From an uncultured Planctomycetaceae bacterium (GTDB lineage Bacteria; Planctomycetota; Planctomycetia; Planctomycetales; Planctomycetaceae): DNA of 64,000 bases. Every line of letters starts with the position of its first letter. Positions within the stretch are counted from its first letter, which is position 1. The notes below the pieces were generated by a model, which was not told where the DNA came from, did not search any database, and was given only the letters and a program-made list of their open reading frames with translations. Below are positions 49,114-59,935 of this stretch, piece after piece. The DNA is taken from positions 731,227 to 795,226 of the forward strand of contig CAWFGE010000015.1 in the NCBI GenBank assembly GCA_963815195.1, in the 5' to 3' direction. Position numbers and translations under genes: made by a program.

Positions 49114-51749
49114 GGTTCTTTTGCACTTCGCGCTCGAGCTCTTGATACTGGGAGCGAAGCTCGGCATTCCCGAGTTGGGGATAGAGCAGCCGGGTCACGC
49201 CGACGAGCTTTCGGCATTCCTCGGTTTGGCCGAGTTTCCAGCACAGCCGGGCCACCTGATACCGCGCTTCCAGCCACTCGAGCGCTCCCCGGCTTGGCTT
49301 GGGATTCCATCTCCCGCCAGAGGTCTTTCGCCTTGGTCATCGACGCCCGGTTCTCCGTCTCCGCCAGAAGCGCCGCGATCCGCCTTTTGAGCGCCCGGTT
49401 CTTGGGCTGGGCCGCGAGCATTTGATTGTAAATTTTGAGGGCGTCCTCCGTGCGATTGGACGCGAGATACGCCTGGGCCCGGCAATGGTCGAGCCGTTCT
49501 CGCTCATCGGGGGCCAGCTGGTCCCGGCGGCGGTTGAGTTCCTCCGCCGTTTGCAGTTGCAACTCTCCGAGTTTCCGCCGGGTGCCCAGGTTGGCGGACT
49601 TGGCGACTTGCATCAAGCCGTCCATCACGCCGAGCACGTCCTCGGTGCTGCTGTCGCTGAGTTCTTTCACCAGCATCTCGGCCCGCCCCGAAAGCCCCTG
49701 CCCCGCGAGTGACACGATCCGCAATTGCCGGGCGGTTTTCAAAATGCGGTTCCACTCGGCGGTGTCCGCGGCGGAGGTTTGGGCGGATTTCTGCTGCGTC
49801 CCGCTGACGAGAATCCGCTCGAGTAGACCGTCGGCCCGCGAATAATCCGGCGTGGTCCGCGTCAGTTGCAGCCGCGCGAGGATCAGCCCCACGTCCGCTT
49901 GCTGATGATCGAGCGGCCGGGGTTCTTCGGGATAGGTCTTCATCAACTGCCCGAGTTCCGCGGCCGCGGCGTTGTCCCATTCCGCGGTCTTTTCCCGGAG
50001 AGCCGGCTTCTGGGCGTCGTCGGCCGTTTCTTCCAGTTCCTCCAAACGCTTGAGGACTTTTTCATAACAGCGGGCGACAGCGATTTGGGCCTGGGGGCCG
50101 CGGCGGTGAGCGGCTGGCACTTCGCGGTACGCCTTGAGAGCCAGCGTCACCTGCCGGCGCTGCTCTTCAAACGCCCCCATCATCCAATACGCATCGCCGG
50201 CCGTTTCGTGATCGGGGTAGGTTTCGACATGATCGGCGAGCGCCTTCGTGTAACTCTCCCGGCGGGGCTGGGTCGGCATTTCGTCATACAACTTGCCCAG
50301 GCAATAGGCCTCCAAGAGATGGGCGTTCGCAGCGCGCGGGTTTTGGGGAAAGTTTTTCGCGAGTTGCTGAAAACTCGCCTCGGCCTCGGCGAATTTTCCG
50401 GTTTGAAGCAAGATGGATGCCTTCGTGTAACCGAGCTCAAACGCGATGTCCGGCTTGTTGTTTTTGAGGGCGAGATCGGCCGCGAGAGCATAATCGTCCA
50501 CGGCGGCCTTCGTCTCACCGGCCGCGTACCGGGCTTCGGCCCGCCGGAGGAGTTCCGCGACCTGGCTGCCGTACTTCCGGGCCTTTGCGAGTTGCTCCCA
50601 GGCGAACGCCGCGCGCGCCCCCCAGTAGCCGCCGATGTCTTCTTCGGTCTTTTCGACGGACGATTCGATTTGTTTGAGCAAAGCCTCGGCGGTGGCGGCG
50701 TCTTGTTTTTTCTCCGCGATCTCCCATAAGCCGATCAAGACTTTGATGTTCAAAAACGCCAATTCACCGGTGGCGGGCGAACGTCCCCGGCGGTATTTCT
50801 GGAGCAAGTCCGCCGCCTGGGGAAGCTGCCCCTGGGCCAACAGCCAGCGGATCCGCTCCGCGAGCAGGTCGGGCTGGAGTTCTGCGGGAGGATGCTCTTC
50901 TTCGATTTCTTTTAAGAGCAGATCCGCCCCGGTGAGGTCGTCCTGCATGCGGTGGTTTTCCGCCAGCCGGATTTTCGCGGGCAGCTTGAAAGGATCGCCC
51001 GGCCGGGCCTCGCTGAGAAGTTCCAGCCAGCGGGCGGCTTCGCGAAGCGCCGCGGGCCGTTCGGGGGAAAACTCATCGACGGCCTTCGCGAGTTCCTGAA
51101 GCGTCACCGCCAGGCGAAACCGCACCTCGGCGTGCAGGTCGTGGACTTCATAAGTCGCCAGCTCGTCCGGGCCGCGCTGTTTCTTCATCGTGAGCCGGCG
51201 GTGTTCCTGGGCCAACGCCGACTCCAAAGGCTTGAGCCGGTCCAAACCCGATTTCAATTGGGCGGTCGTTTGCCGGCGGAGCGCTTTGTCGTAGGGATAC
51301 AAATCCAACTGCCCGCGCAAAAACTCGCCGCGGAGGGCCGGCAGGAAGGCCCGCTGCACATCGAGCAGCAACCGCCGGGGATGCTTCGCGAACTTCACGA
51401 GGGCATCGTCGATCACGCCTTCCGCGAGTTGCCAATACTCCGCGTGCTCGTCGCCGGAGGTGAACCGGGCATGCTCGGCGTACGTTTTCGACAACTCGAC
51501 CGAAACCTGGATTTGCTCCGCCGGGGACAAGAGCCGATCCGACAGCCGATCGAGGCCGAACTGCTCCGCCACGCTGAACAGCCGCCGCTGCCTGAGCTGT
51601 TGAAAATACCGCTCCGTCTGCGGGTCCTGCCCGTGGGCCTGGGAAAGCCAGGCCATCAGCCCGACGGCGATTCCGCAAACGAGCATGAACCCCCGCCCGA
51701 GGGAGCCTCGCCCAGAGATAAGAAACGGTGAAGGCCGGAATCTCGACAT
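49095..51749 (-). CDS. Large exported TPR protein (probable indel near C-terminus)
   Basis: Signal peptide; TPR/BamD-like repeats (AEASFQQLAKNFPQNPRAANA). Confidence 0.8.
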   Translation of the reverse strand: MSRFRPSPFLISGRGSLGRGFMLVCGIAVGLMAWLSQAHGQDPQTERYFQQLRQRRLFSVAEQFGLDRLSDRLLSPAEQIQVSVELSKTYAEHARFTSGDEHAEYWQLAEGVIDDALVKFAKHPRRLLLDVQRAFLPALRGEFLRGQLDLYPYDKALRRQTTAQLKSGLDRLKPLESALAQEHRRLTMKKQRGPDELATYEVHDLHAEVRFRLAVTLQELAKAVDEFSPERPAALREAARWLELLSEARPGDPFKLPAKIRLAENHRMQDDLTGADLLLKEIEEEHPPAELQPDLLAERIRWLLAQGQLPQAADLLQKYRRGRSPATGELAFLNIKVLIGLWEIAEKKQDAATAEALLKQIESSVEKTEEDIGGYWGARAAFAWEQLAKARKYGSQVAELLRRAEARYAAGETKAAVDDYALAADLALKNNKPDIAFELGYTKASILLQTGKFAEAEASFQQLAKNFPQNPRAANAHLLEAYCLGKLYDEMPTQPRRESYTKALADHVETYPDHETAGDAYWMMGAFEEQRRQVTLALKAYREVPAAHRRGPQAQIAVARCYEKVLKRLEELEETADDAQKPALREKTAEWDNAAAAELGQLMKTYPEEPRPLDHQQADVGLILARLQLTRTTPDYSRADGLLERILVSGTQQKSAQTSAADTAEWNRILKTARQLRIVSLAGQGLSGRAEMLVKELSDSSTEDVLGVMDGLMQVAKSANLGTRRKLGELQLQTAEELNRRRDQLAPDERERLDHCRAQAYLASNRTEDALKIYNQMLAAQPKNRALKRRIAALLAETENRASMTKAKDLWREMESQAKPGSARVAGSAVSGGPAVLETRPNRGMPKARRRDPAALSPTRECRASLPVSRARARSAKEPLSGWR

Positions 51750-52144
51750 GAAAATTTATGTTCCCTGGGAATGGGAAAAAGAACACCTGCCTCTCCAGCG
51801 TAGGACAATCGCCGTTTCCAAGGCAAGAGAGCTTCCGTCGGCAGGCTTCGTATCGGACCATCTGCTGAACTTTTGGGTTTTCTGATGATCCGCTCTACGC
51901 GCCGCTCACCTCAGCGCGGAAACCGAGGTGTTTCCCGTCTGCAAACAACGCCGTGGTGTGCTTCACGCGGCTGCGTTGGGGGGCTTTGCTCAAACCCACG
52001 GGCGAGGAGCTTCTGGAAACCTCGCGCTTCGCGATGACTGGCGGGCTTTAACGCGCTCCGAGCGGGAGCAAAGGGAACAGCACGGCAGCCGGGTCCCCCT
52101 CACCGCCGGCTCGTTTTTGTAATGTCGAGCACGGGTGCACGAAA

Positions 52145-52481
52145 TCACAACTCGTGCTTCCGCTCGCATTCGATGCAATACGCCGCGTAGGGGATGGCGG
52201 TCAAGCGGGCTTTGGGAATCTCGGCGTCACAATCGATGCACCGGCCGAAGGTTCCGTCCTCGATCCGTTTGAGCGCGGCATTGATGGCGTGGTAGGTGGC
52301 TTCTTCGTTGTGCTCGAGGGCGAGTTCCCGATCCAAACCCTCGCTCGGCTCCTGGTCGTGTTCGCCGACGGGCCGAACTTCTTCGGGCAGGGCGTCCCGG
52401 CTGGCTTGAATCTCCTCGCGCACCTCGTCTCGCATTTCGAAAAGCCTGTTCTTTGAACGCTTGAATCTCGCCTTGTTTCAT
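52145..52481 (-). CDS. DksA/TraR C4 zinc-finger protein (indel near 52440)
   Basis: ALKRIEDGTFGRCIDC..IPKARL..IP..YCIEC. Confidence 0.88.
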
Positions 52482-52520
52482 GATCGAACCTTTCCCGTCG
52501 GTGTCGTAAAGAGGGATCCT

Positions 52521-53090
52521 TCAGGTCATGCGGTCATCCATGAGAAAAGCGGCCCCCGCCACGACCGTCGTCCAACGCCCGTCGGGCTTCACAATGGCGG
52601 ATTGGGTGATGTTCGAGGTATTGACGATCTTTCCCGAAATGGTCCAAAGCTCTCGTTTCTCGTCCCAGGATTGCTGTTCGTCGAACTCGACGCCGAGGGT
52701 TGAAGCCAGCATGGACGCGGCCAGGTCTTCCGCGTAATCTCCCGCCTCTTTGGCCGTTTGTCCGAAGCTCTCGTGCTCTGACAGGTAGCCGTGCATCTGC
52801 CGATCGCGGGGAATCGCCATCCCCACGGACGCCGCCAACATGCGGTGCGGTTCGTTCGAGTCTTTGCGGGCCAGCACCACGAACACAATCTGCCCCGGCT
52901 GCAACTGGCTTTCGCCTTCGAAACGCGGGATGCTCCGGCAGCCGGGCGGCAAGATCGACGACACGGGAACAAGGTTATAGCGGCCCAGTCCGGCGTCGCG
53001 AAGCGCCAACTCAAACGACTGCAAGCGCTCGCGATGCACGCCGACGCCTTTCGTCAAAAACACCTGCTTCGGAACAAGCGGTTCTCGCAT
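52521..53090 (-). CDS. pdaD: Pyruvoyl-dependent arginine decarboxylase
   Basis: SFELALRDAG, NLVPVSSILPP (Ser-Ser self-cleavage site), GYLSEH. Confidence 0.88.
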   Translation of the reverse strand: MREPLVPKQVFLTKGVGVHRERLQSFELALRDAGLGRYNLVPVSSILPPGCRSIPRFEGESQLQPGQIVFVVLARKDSNEPHRMLAASVGMAIPRDRQMHGYLSEHESFGQTAKEAGDYAEDLAASMLASTLGVEFDEQQSWDEKRELWTISGKIVNTSNITQSAIVKPDGRWTTVVAGAAFLMDDRMT

Positions 53091-53155
53091 CGGTTTGGGG
53101 GATGACTCCTGAAAGAGGCTTTTTTTCGGCAACGGCGTTATCGGCGGCGCGGAGG

Positions 53156-53359
53156 TCACACGTCGTACGTCTCGCCGTGGTCCAGACAGACGGCGGCCGT
53201 GGACTGGGCCAATGGATAGAGTGAGAGCAGCACCCCCGCCGCTCCCGCGATCACGAGGCCGACATTCACGTTCGATGCCGATTGCGACAGGAAGACATGC
53301 GTCTGGGCAATGACATCACCGGCCAGCACTGCGCCGCTGAAAAAAAGCCGCTTCATCAT
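53156..53359 (-). CDS. Small membrane protein
   Basis: 67 aa, hydrophobic, in operon position. Confidence 0.4.
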   Translation of the reverse strand: MMKRLFFSGAVLAGDVIAQTHVFLSQSASNVNVGLVIAGAAGVLLSLYPLAQSTAAVCLDHGETYDV

Positions 53360-53407
53360 CGAGACTCCCTGAAGGTTCTAAGAAGAGTACAAAACCAAAG
53401 CGAAAAC

Positions 53408-53647
53408 TTACGCGGATTTCGCGCCCGCTCCAACGATGTGGGAGTGATGTTCGACCACAAAGGCGACGTGGCAGGTGGCGCGGTATTCGCTGATCTTGCC
53501 GCCTTCCACGTGGGCGGTGTGATGCACAACGTCCACACCGGTGATGTGCCGCAGCGATTCGGAGGCTTCCGACACGACCTGCTGGACCGCGTCTTCCCAG
53601 CTTTTTTTCGACGTGCCCACGAGTTCAACCACTTTGACAACGGACAT
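53408..53647 (-). CDS. Dodecin
   Basis: KVVELVGTS..SWEDA, ISEYR...VAF. Confidence 0.9.
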   Translation of the reverse strand: MSVVKVVELVGTSKKSWEDAVQQVVSEASESLRHITGVDVVHHTAHVEGGKISEYRATCHVAFVVEHHSHIVGAGAKSA

Positions 53648-53755
53648 GAGAGTCGACTCCGTCTTCTTAAAGGTTGGAGAAAACGACTCGGTTTCCTTTT
53701 TCCCCTGTGCGGCCGATGGGAAACCGAGTCGTGAAAAACACGATGTTGCGCCTGT

Positions 53756-54230
53756 TTATTTCGCTTTCACGGTAATTTTTTGCGTCTTGGCTTTTTCGGC
53801 TTTGGGCAGTGTGATGTTCAACACGCCGTTGGAATACTCCGCGTCGACGTTCTTGTCTTGGACGTCGCAGGGCAGCGTCATGGCGCGGGCAAACGTGCCG
53901 ACGCGGCGTTCCGTGCGGTGCCAGGTCTTGCCTTTTTCCTCGCGCTCTTCTTTGCGTTCGCCGGTGATCTGCAGCACGTTCCCGCGAACTTCCACGTTCA
54001 CGTCTTCCGGTTTCATGCCCGGCAGATCGACTTTGACCTGGATCGCGTCGTCGGTCTCCGAAACATCGAGGGACGGGCGCAGTTCGCCGCCGGACAATTG
54101 GCCGCCATCAAACTCGCGCGAGAAGTTTCGAAATCAAGTCGTCCATGTGCTGTTGCAGACTGCGGAACGGATCGCGGTCGAAAAAGCGTCCGAGTCCGCC
54201 CGCGGGTCGTTGTGATAGTTCGTTGGCCAT
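53756..54230 (-). CDS. Hsp20 small heat-shock protein (indel near 54125)
   Basis: DVSETDD, DLPG, GERK, ER..G.F.R, AEYSNGVL.ITLPK; N-terminus DPFRSLQ in the adjacent frame; AAGGAG RBS. Confidence 0.9.
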
Positions 54231-54432
54231 GGGGATGCTCCTTGAATGTCTGGGTCGTTGCGGGAGAATTCGGCGCCAAGGAAGACTCCCGGTTCTCCAT
54301 TGGGATTGCCGGAACGCCCGGCACTTGATGTCTCACATTTCATCCATCGGCCCGCCCGGTTTTGCAGGGCCTCTTTCTTAAACTTTTGAAATCGCGGTTT
54401 CTTCCGTCAATCCGGCAAAAACCGGCCTTTCG

Positions 54433-54660
54433 TTAGGAAATTCCATGAGCCGGCAGATGCAACGCAAAACCTTCCCCGGCGGCCGGCCCTTTCGCCGCGG
54501 TTGAAATCTGGCTCTCGATCAGTTCCGAGCGGAGCACCCGCACATCATCCGGGCAGGTGATGCCGATGCGGACGCGGCCACCATTTACGGCGAGGACTTT
54601 CAATTCGATTCCTTCGCCGATCATAATCCGTTCGCCTAGTTTTCGGGTAAGCACCAACAT
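54433..54660 (-). CDS. csrA: Carbon storage regulator CsrA
   Basis: MLVLTRKLGERIMIG..VRIGI..P..V.VLRSEL. Confidence 0.92.
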   Translation of the reverse strand: MLVLTRKLGERIMIGEGIELKVLAVNGGRVRIGITCPDDVRVLRSELIESQISTAAKGPAAGEGFALHLPAHGIS

Positions 54661-54719
54661 GTTTCGAACTTCCTTGTGTGAGGTGAACCGGCGTCTGGGA
54701 ACGGCCGGTCTGCGGGGAG

Positions 54720-54998
54720 TCAATAGCCCAGGTTTCGCACCGTGCGCTGGGCCAAAAAGGCCAGCTGTTCGAGAGTGGCATGATCGTAAAACGGCAGATG
54801 CCGGATCATCCTCTCCCGAAACAGCGGGATATCCGCGGTGCGGATCACGGCGATCAGTTCGTCGCCGTCCATCTGCCGAATGTCCGCCTGGGACAACTCG
54901 GCCACGGCGCTCATGGTCCAATCGGAATCGCGGGATTCCGCAAGGTCTTTCGTCGCGGTTTCGCTCGGTTGTGGTGTTTTCGCGAGGATGTCGAACAT
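54720..54998 (-). CDS. Small hypothetical protein
   Basis: 92-aa ORF in operon position. Confidence 0.55.
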   Translation of the reverse strand: MFDILAKTPQPSETATKDLAESRDSDWTMSAVAELSQADIRQMDGDELIAVIRTADIPLFRERMIRHLPFYDHATLEQLAFLAQRTVRNLGY

Positions 54999-55045
54999 GG
55001 GGTCGATTCTCCAGAGGTCAAACGAAGTTCGAGTGAAGATTTGAT

Positions 55046-55315
55046 TTAGAATTGCCGGATCACGGTGATTTCATTGGTCAACAATTCGACGCCCTCCACG
55101 CGTTTGACGGCTTCTTGAGCGACTTGCTTCTGGTAATAAGTCGAAACCGAACCGCACAGGATCACCCCGCCTTCCTCCACTTCGACCCAGATCTGCTGAA
55201 GCTCCGCATAACCGGTGTCCCAGAGGGCCTTTTGCACCTTCCTTAATAGGGCGGCTTCCGTCGGAAGGATGTCGTCGAGGGTGGATCGGGGCGGGATCGC
55301 AGTCGCGGAGTTCAT
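55046..55315 (-). CDS. BON-domain protein
   Basis: VILCGSVSTYYQKQVAQEAV..VEGV...NEITV. Confidence 0.85.
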   Translation of the reverse strand: MNSATAIPPRSTLDDILPTEAALLRKVQKALWDTGYAELQQIWVEVEEGGVILCGSVSTYYQKQVAQEAVKRVEGVELLTNEITVIRQF

Positions 55316-55518
55316 CGGGGCCTTTCCTTTCCAATCGTGCGGGAATTGAAAATAAAAAAGCCCCTTTGGCGTTCGGCCGAAAATCCGGCCAGACGCCAAA
55401 GAGGCTTTCATCGCCAAAAAAAAATCCTCCACCGCACCATTTGCAGAGAAGGACAACAACGCCTTGTTGGGCCGTTCATCAGCGCCAACACCCACAGATT
55501 AGCCAAACGAAACCTGAA

Positions 55519-55548
55519 TTGCAATATCCGTTTTCAAAGATATTGCAA
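55519..55548. promoter_or_regulatory. Perfect 10-bp inverted repeat, candidate operator in divergent intergenic region
   Basis: TTGCAATATC-N10-GATATTGCAA. Confidence 0.45.
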
Positions 55549-55786
55549 AAAGATTTCAAGCGGTTTTCCCTCGATCCGAGCCGCTGGATGGGCTAAAAGG
55601 CACACGGCATTCACGGTCAAACTCGTCCATCGCGATTTCCTCCGGCTGCCGTGTTGTCTGGACGATCCCGGTCCAATGGGTCGAAGCCACACGGAAGCGA
55701 TCATTGAAGCCGATTCCGCAGGCGGCTAGAGTGAACGTGTTGATCGCCGCGACTCGTGCGTTTCTCTCCCATGCGAAGGTCCGTTT

Positions 55787-56885
55787 ATGACATCTGAAAT
55801 CAATCTGTATAGCGACACGGTCACCCGGCCGACGCCGGGGATGTACCGGGCGCTCTGTGAAGCGGAACTCGGTGACGACATGTCCGGCGAGGATCCCACC
55901 GTCAATCGGCTCGAAGCCCGCATGGCGGAATGGTTCGGCAAAGAGGCCGCGGTGCTGGGTTGCTCGGGGACGCAGACCAACCAGATGGGCGTGCGGGCGC
56001 ACTGCGATCCGGGGGATGAATTGTTGATCGAACGCACGGGGCATATCGCGAACTACGAAGCCGGGGCCCCGGCGGTGCTCAGCGGCGTCTCTTGCCGGAC
56101 TTTGATCGGCGAAAAAGGCATGCTTGATGTGCCGGTCGTGGAAGGCATGATCCGCGCAACCGATCAGCACTTGTGCCGGACCCGCCTGCTCTGCCTCGAA
56201 AACACGACGAACCTCGGCGGCGGCCGGGCCTATCCGCTTTCGCAGCTTCAGGAACTCAAACAGTGGGCGAGCGAAAACAAGCTCAAAGTCCATCTGGACG
56301 GGGCCAGGTTTTTTAACGCGGTAATCGCCCGCGGTTATTCGCCCCGCGAAGTGGCCGACTGCGTGGACACCGTTTCGATGTGCTTTTCCAAAGGCCTGGG
56401 CTGTCCGATGGGGTCGATCCTGATCGGTTCCGCCGAGGAAATCGCCCGCGCCCGGCGGGCCCGCAAACAGTTCGGCGGGGCGCTGCGGCAGGCGGGGATC
56501 ATCGCCGGGGCCGCGGCTTTATGCATTAGACAATCACATCGACCGCCTCAAAGAGGACCACGACAACGCCCGCTTGTTGGCGGAGAGAATCGCCGAGATC
56601 GAGGGCTTGCGGATTTCGCTCGATGACGTGGAAACCAACCTCGTGTTTTTTGAAATCGATCCCGAACTGGGCACCGCGGCCGATCTCGCCGCCCGCATGA
56701 AAGACCGCGGCGTTAAAATGGGAGCACTGGGCCGGCAACTCGTGCGGGCGTGCACCCATCTGGACGCGAGCCGCGATCAGGTGCTCGAAGCCGCGGACCG
56801 GTTGGCCGATTGCCTCAATTCTTGGCATGCCGAGAAAACCAACGCGTCTGCGGATGTGACCAGTGCTTACCGCTCGGATTGGTAA
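55787..56885 (+). CDS. ltaE: Low-specificity L-threonine aldolase (indel near 56520)
   Basis: SDTVTRPT, GDD..EDPTV, LENT, HLDGAR, CFSKGLG, VETN. Confidence 0.92.
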
Positions 56886-57228
56886 GCGGTTCGGATCGAT
56901 AGTCACCAGCCCGAAGCGCAAGCGAGGGGTTTTGAACAAGTTATGATCGCTGGCTCGTGCTGCGGGTTGGTTTTCCGGATCATTCTCAACCCCCGTGGCG
57001 GAATTGCCGATATTTTTAAGGAACCCTCCACGGAATTGAGGGGAGGGTTCATTTGCATTTTCTGCTTTGGCGCATGACGGGGCTGAGCAGACTTGTACGC
57101 AAGTATCGGCTATCGACATGTCCCGTCAAAATCAGCCCCGGTTGAATCGATCCTCCCATTTGCGGTATGATGATTGCGAAGGAGACTCTGTGTCTTCTTC
57201 CGACGACCGCGACGCAGGGAGTGCCGAG

Positions 57229-57522
57229 ATGCACATCAACGGCCTCGGATCGGTTCCAAACCTCTCTTCTTCATCAAAACCCCCCGCTGCCAACCCCTCG
57301 GAATCCTCAAAGACCTCGGAGACAAACCGTCCCGCGGATCAGGTGGAGATTTCGGCGGAGGCTCAACCGGCGGACGGGGAGTCGGCTCCCGGTGTGCGCG
57401 CTCGGCGGTTGGCTCAGATCAAACAAGCGATCGATGCCGGCGAGTATGAGACGCCGGACAAACTCGAGGCCGCCCTCAGCCGGCTGTTTGCGGAATTGAA
57501 TCTGGACGATGAGGACGAATAA
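57229..57522 (+). CDS. flgM: Anti-sigma-28 factor FlgM
   Basis: DQVEISAEA, R..RLAQIKQAI..GEY. Confidence 0.78.
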   Translation: MHINGLGSVPNLSSSSKPPAANPSESSKTSETNRPADQVEISAEAQPADGESAPGVRARRLAQIKQAIDAGEYETPDKLEAALSRLFAELNLDDEDE

Positions 57523-57667
57523 TAAGGCGTAGCGGCGGCCTATAGCCGCCGAGTTTGGCGGGAAAAGAAATCGCCCGTCGGCGGTTGGAAGCCGCCCCTA
57601 CGCACAGATTTCCGTTTTTTCAGAAGGACTTTCGTTGGCAGTGGACGTGAAAGCAGAGGGTCAGTCC

Positions 57668-58165
57668 GTGAGCGAACTTGAATCGGTGGAAGTGGCCGTT
57701 GCTCCGAGCGACAAATTCCAGGAATACCTGGCAACCCAAGGGATGCGGCTCACGCAGGAGCGGTCGATTATCGTGGAGGACGTGTTCTCGCAGCACGAAC
57801 ATTTCGATGCCGACCAGATCGTCGAACGCCTGACGCCGCAAAAAGGCGGCCGGCGGGTGAGCCGGTCGAGCGTGTACCGCACGCTGACGCTCCTGGAAGA
57901 AGCGGGCCTCATCCGCAAAGTCGCCCGCACCAACGACCGGGACGTTTACGAGCACGACTACGGCTATCCGCAGCACGATCACTTAATTTGCAGCGAGTGC
58001 GGCGAGTTGATTGAATTCTACAACGCGGACATTTCCCGGTTGTTGGAGAAGATCGCCACCGAGCAGGGATTTCGGATGACGGGGCATCGGCTGGAAGTTT
58101 ACGGCCGCTGCCAGTCGTGCAGCAAACCCCAACGCCGTCGCAACCCCAAGTTGGATCTGCTTTAA
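57668..58165 (+). CDS. Fur-family transcriptional regulator
   Basis: RLTQER, SVYRTL, HDHLICSECG, GRCQSC. Confidence 0.92.
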   Translation: MSELESVEVAVAPSDKFQEYLATQGMRLTQERSIIVEDVFSQHEHFDADQIVERLTPQKGGRRVSRSSVYRTLTLLEEAGLIRKVARTNDRDVYEHDYGYPQHDHLICSECGELIEFYNADISRLLEKIATEQGFRMTGHRLEVYGRCQSCSKPQRRRNPKLDLL

Positions 58166-58239
58166 CGATATCCAACGCGCAACCGGGCGGAGGAATCGCC
58201 GCCACTTCGCCTCGCAATTCGCCAAATCGGGCAAGAGCG

Positions 58240-58695
58240 TTACGACTCAGGATCGATGTTCCGACTTGCGCTGACAACCGCACGGAAAACTCGCCGGTTC
58301 GCTGCAGCCAAGTTCCGTAGTTTCAGTTCGTGCTCCCAAAAACGCCATACCGAGAATCCGTCAGACCTGAGTTGCCGACGATATTTGTTGTCGCGGCGCC
58401 TGTTGCGTTGAATCTTTTCCTTCCAGTAGTTGCGATTCGTCTTCGGAATATGCCCATGAGTAGGGCATGCGTGAAAAAAACACCCATCGAGAAACAACGC
58501 CAACTTGATTGACGGGACGTAAACGTCCGGCGAACCGAGAACATGCGAGGCATTGCTCAGAACTCGTTTGCGTGATCCAACTTCAGCTCGAACAGCCTCT
58601 CGTACAAGTTCGATCAGACGCAGTTCGGGCTTGGTGCCAGAACTGCGGATTTTCGCCATAATCTCGCTTCGCTTCGACGGTGTGAAAATATCCAT
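58240..58695 (-). CDS. vsr: Very-short-patch repair endonuclease
   Basis: DIFTPSKRSEIM..IRS..TKPE, GSPD, FLDGCFFH, YW..KI..N..RD, WEHE. Confidence 0.92.
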   Translation of the reverse strand: MDIFTPSKRSEIMAKIRSSGTKPELRLIELVREAVRAEVGSRKRVLSNASHVLGSPDVYVPSIKLALFLDGCFFHACPTHGHIPKTNRNYWKEKIQRNRRRDNKYRRQLRSDGFSVWRFWEHELKLRNLAAANRRVFRAVVSASRNIDPES

Positions 58696-58785
58696 TCTTG
58701 CTACAATTCCCTCAAGTTAACGCAATGGCAGTTCCGAATTGCTGACAAATGAGCACACTCTTCCGGTTGAAAAGAAGTTGGGACC

Positions 58786-59764
58786 GTGACGATAAATGCA
58801 GTCTATTCTGGAATTTCACTTTTTGCTGGATGCGGGGGATCCGACCTTGGTATGGCCGCCTCAAGGGTGGAGCCCATTTGGGCAAACGAACTCAATGAGA
58901 CGGCTTGCCAGTTATACGAGAATGTGACGGGTTTTGGTCACATGCAACAGGGCGATGTCGCGCAGGATCGACAAATTCCCTAAGGCCGATATTCTCGCAG
59001 GCTGCTACCCGTGCCAGGGCTATAGCCAGGGGGGGCGTCGAAAACAGGACGACTCCATTAATTTCCTCTATCAACACTTTGATCGTGCCTTAAGACAAGT
59101 TCGGCCCAAAGCATTCGTCGTCGAAAACGTCGATGGTATGCGATTCGCACAGAACACGCCACTTCTGACGAATCAACTGGTCCGATTCCGCTCTGCCGGA
59201 TACATCGTAATGCACAAGATTCTCGACGCGAAAGACTATGGGCTTGCACAGGACCGAAAGCGTCTGTTTCTCGTTGGGATCCGCTCCGGTGAACGAAAGC
59301 GCTTTATTTTCCCCGGGCCGACACACGGAGTTTCCGGCGGACGGCCATGTGAAACTCTCAAATCCACAATTTGGCGGCTACGGAATGCCCCTCCCGACAG
59401 CTACAATCAAGAGCCGTTTCATTGGTATTATCTCTCGCGAAACCGGCGGCGTACCTGGCGCCAACAATCACACTGTATTGTTGCCCATTGGCGGCATGTC
59501 GGGCTGCATCCGGATTCACCGCCGTTACGGAGAATTGGAGCAGACCATTGGGAATTCACCCGTTCTGGCAACGCGAGGCGATTGAGTTACTTGGAATGTG
59601 CGGCTCTTCAGGGATTCCCAAATCCCCATGCATTCAACCACGGGTCCGTTAGACAGCGATTTCGGGCCATTGGCAACGCTGTTCCCCCACCGCTATTTGC
59701 TGCAGTCGCAACAGCTTTAGTCCAGCAACTTGAGGAGCGAATAATGTCTGCGCCTCGGACGTGA
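58786..59764 (+). CDS. DNA (cytosine-5) methyltransferase (indel near 58960)
   Basis: SLFAGCGG, YPCQGYS, ENV, QDRKR, IGNAVPP. Confidence 0.92.
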
Positions 59765-59834
59765 CGACTGAGTCTTGTCGCCGAATTGCAACACTCGGGA
59801 AGAGGAAATACATAAACGCAATGGGAGGCCGGAC

Positions 59835-59935
59835 GTGGCCAAGAAAAAAACGACGAAACCAGCGAACCCACCGAAAGCCGCGAAAAAGGCGGGGACAAAA
59901 CATTCAGAAGAAGATGGCAAGGTAGGTTATTATGA
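59835..59935 (+). pseudogene. 5' fragment of a gene interrupted by the IS4-like element
   Basis: GGAGG RBS, GTG start, AKKKTTKPANPPKAAKK..., runs into the IS end. Confidence 0.55.

Noticed and set aside
55400..55490. Hammerhead ribozyme (CTGATGA...GAAA on the minus strand)
   Set aside because: No convincing stems II/III could be formed.
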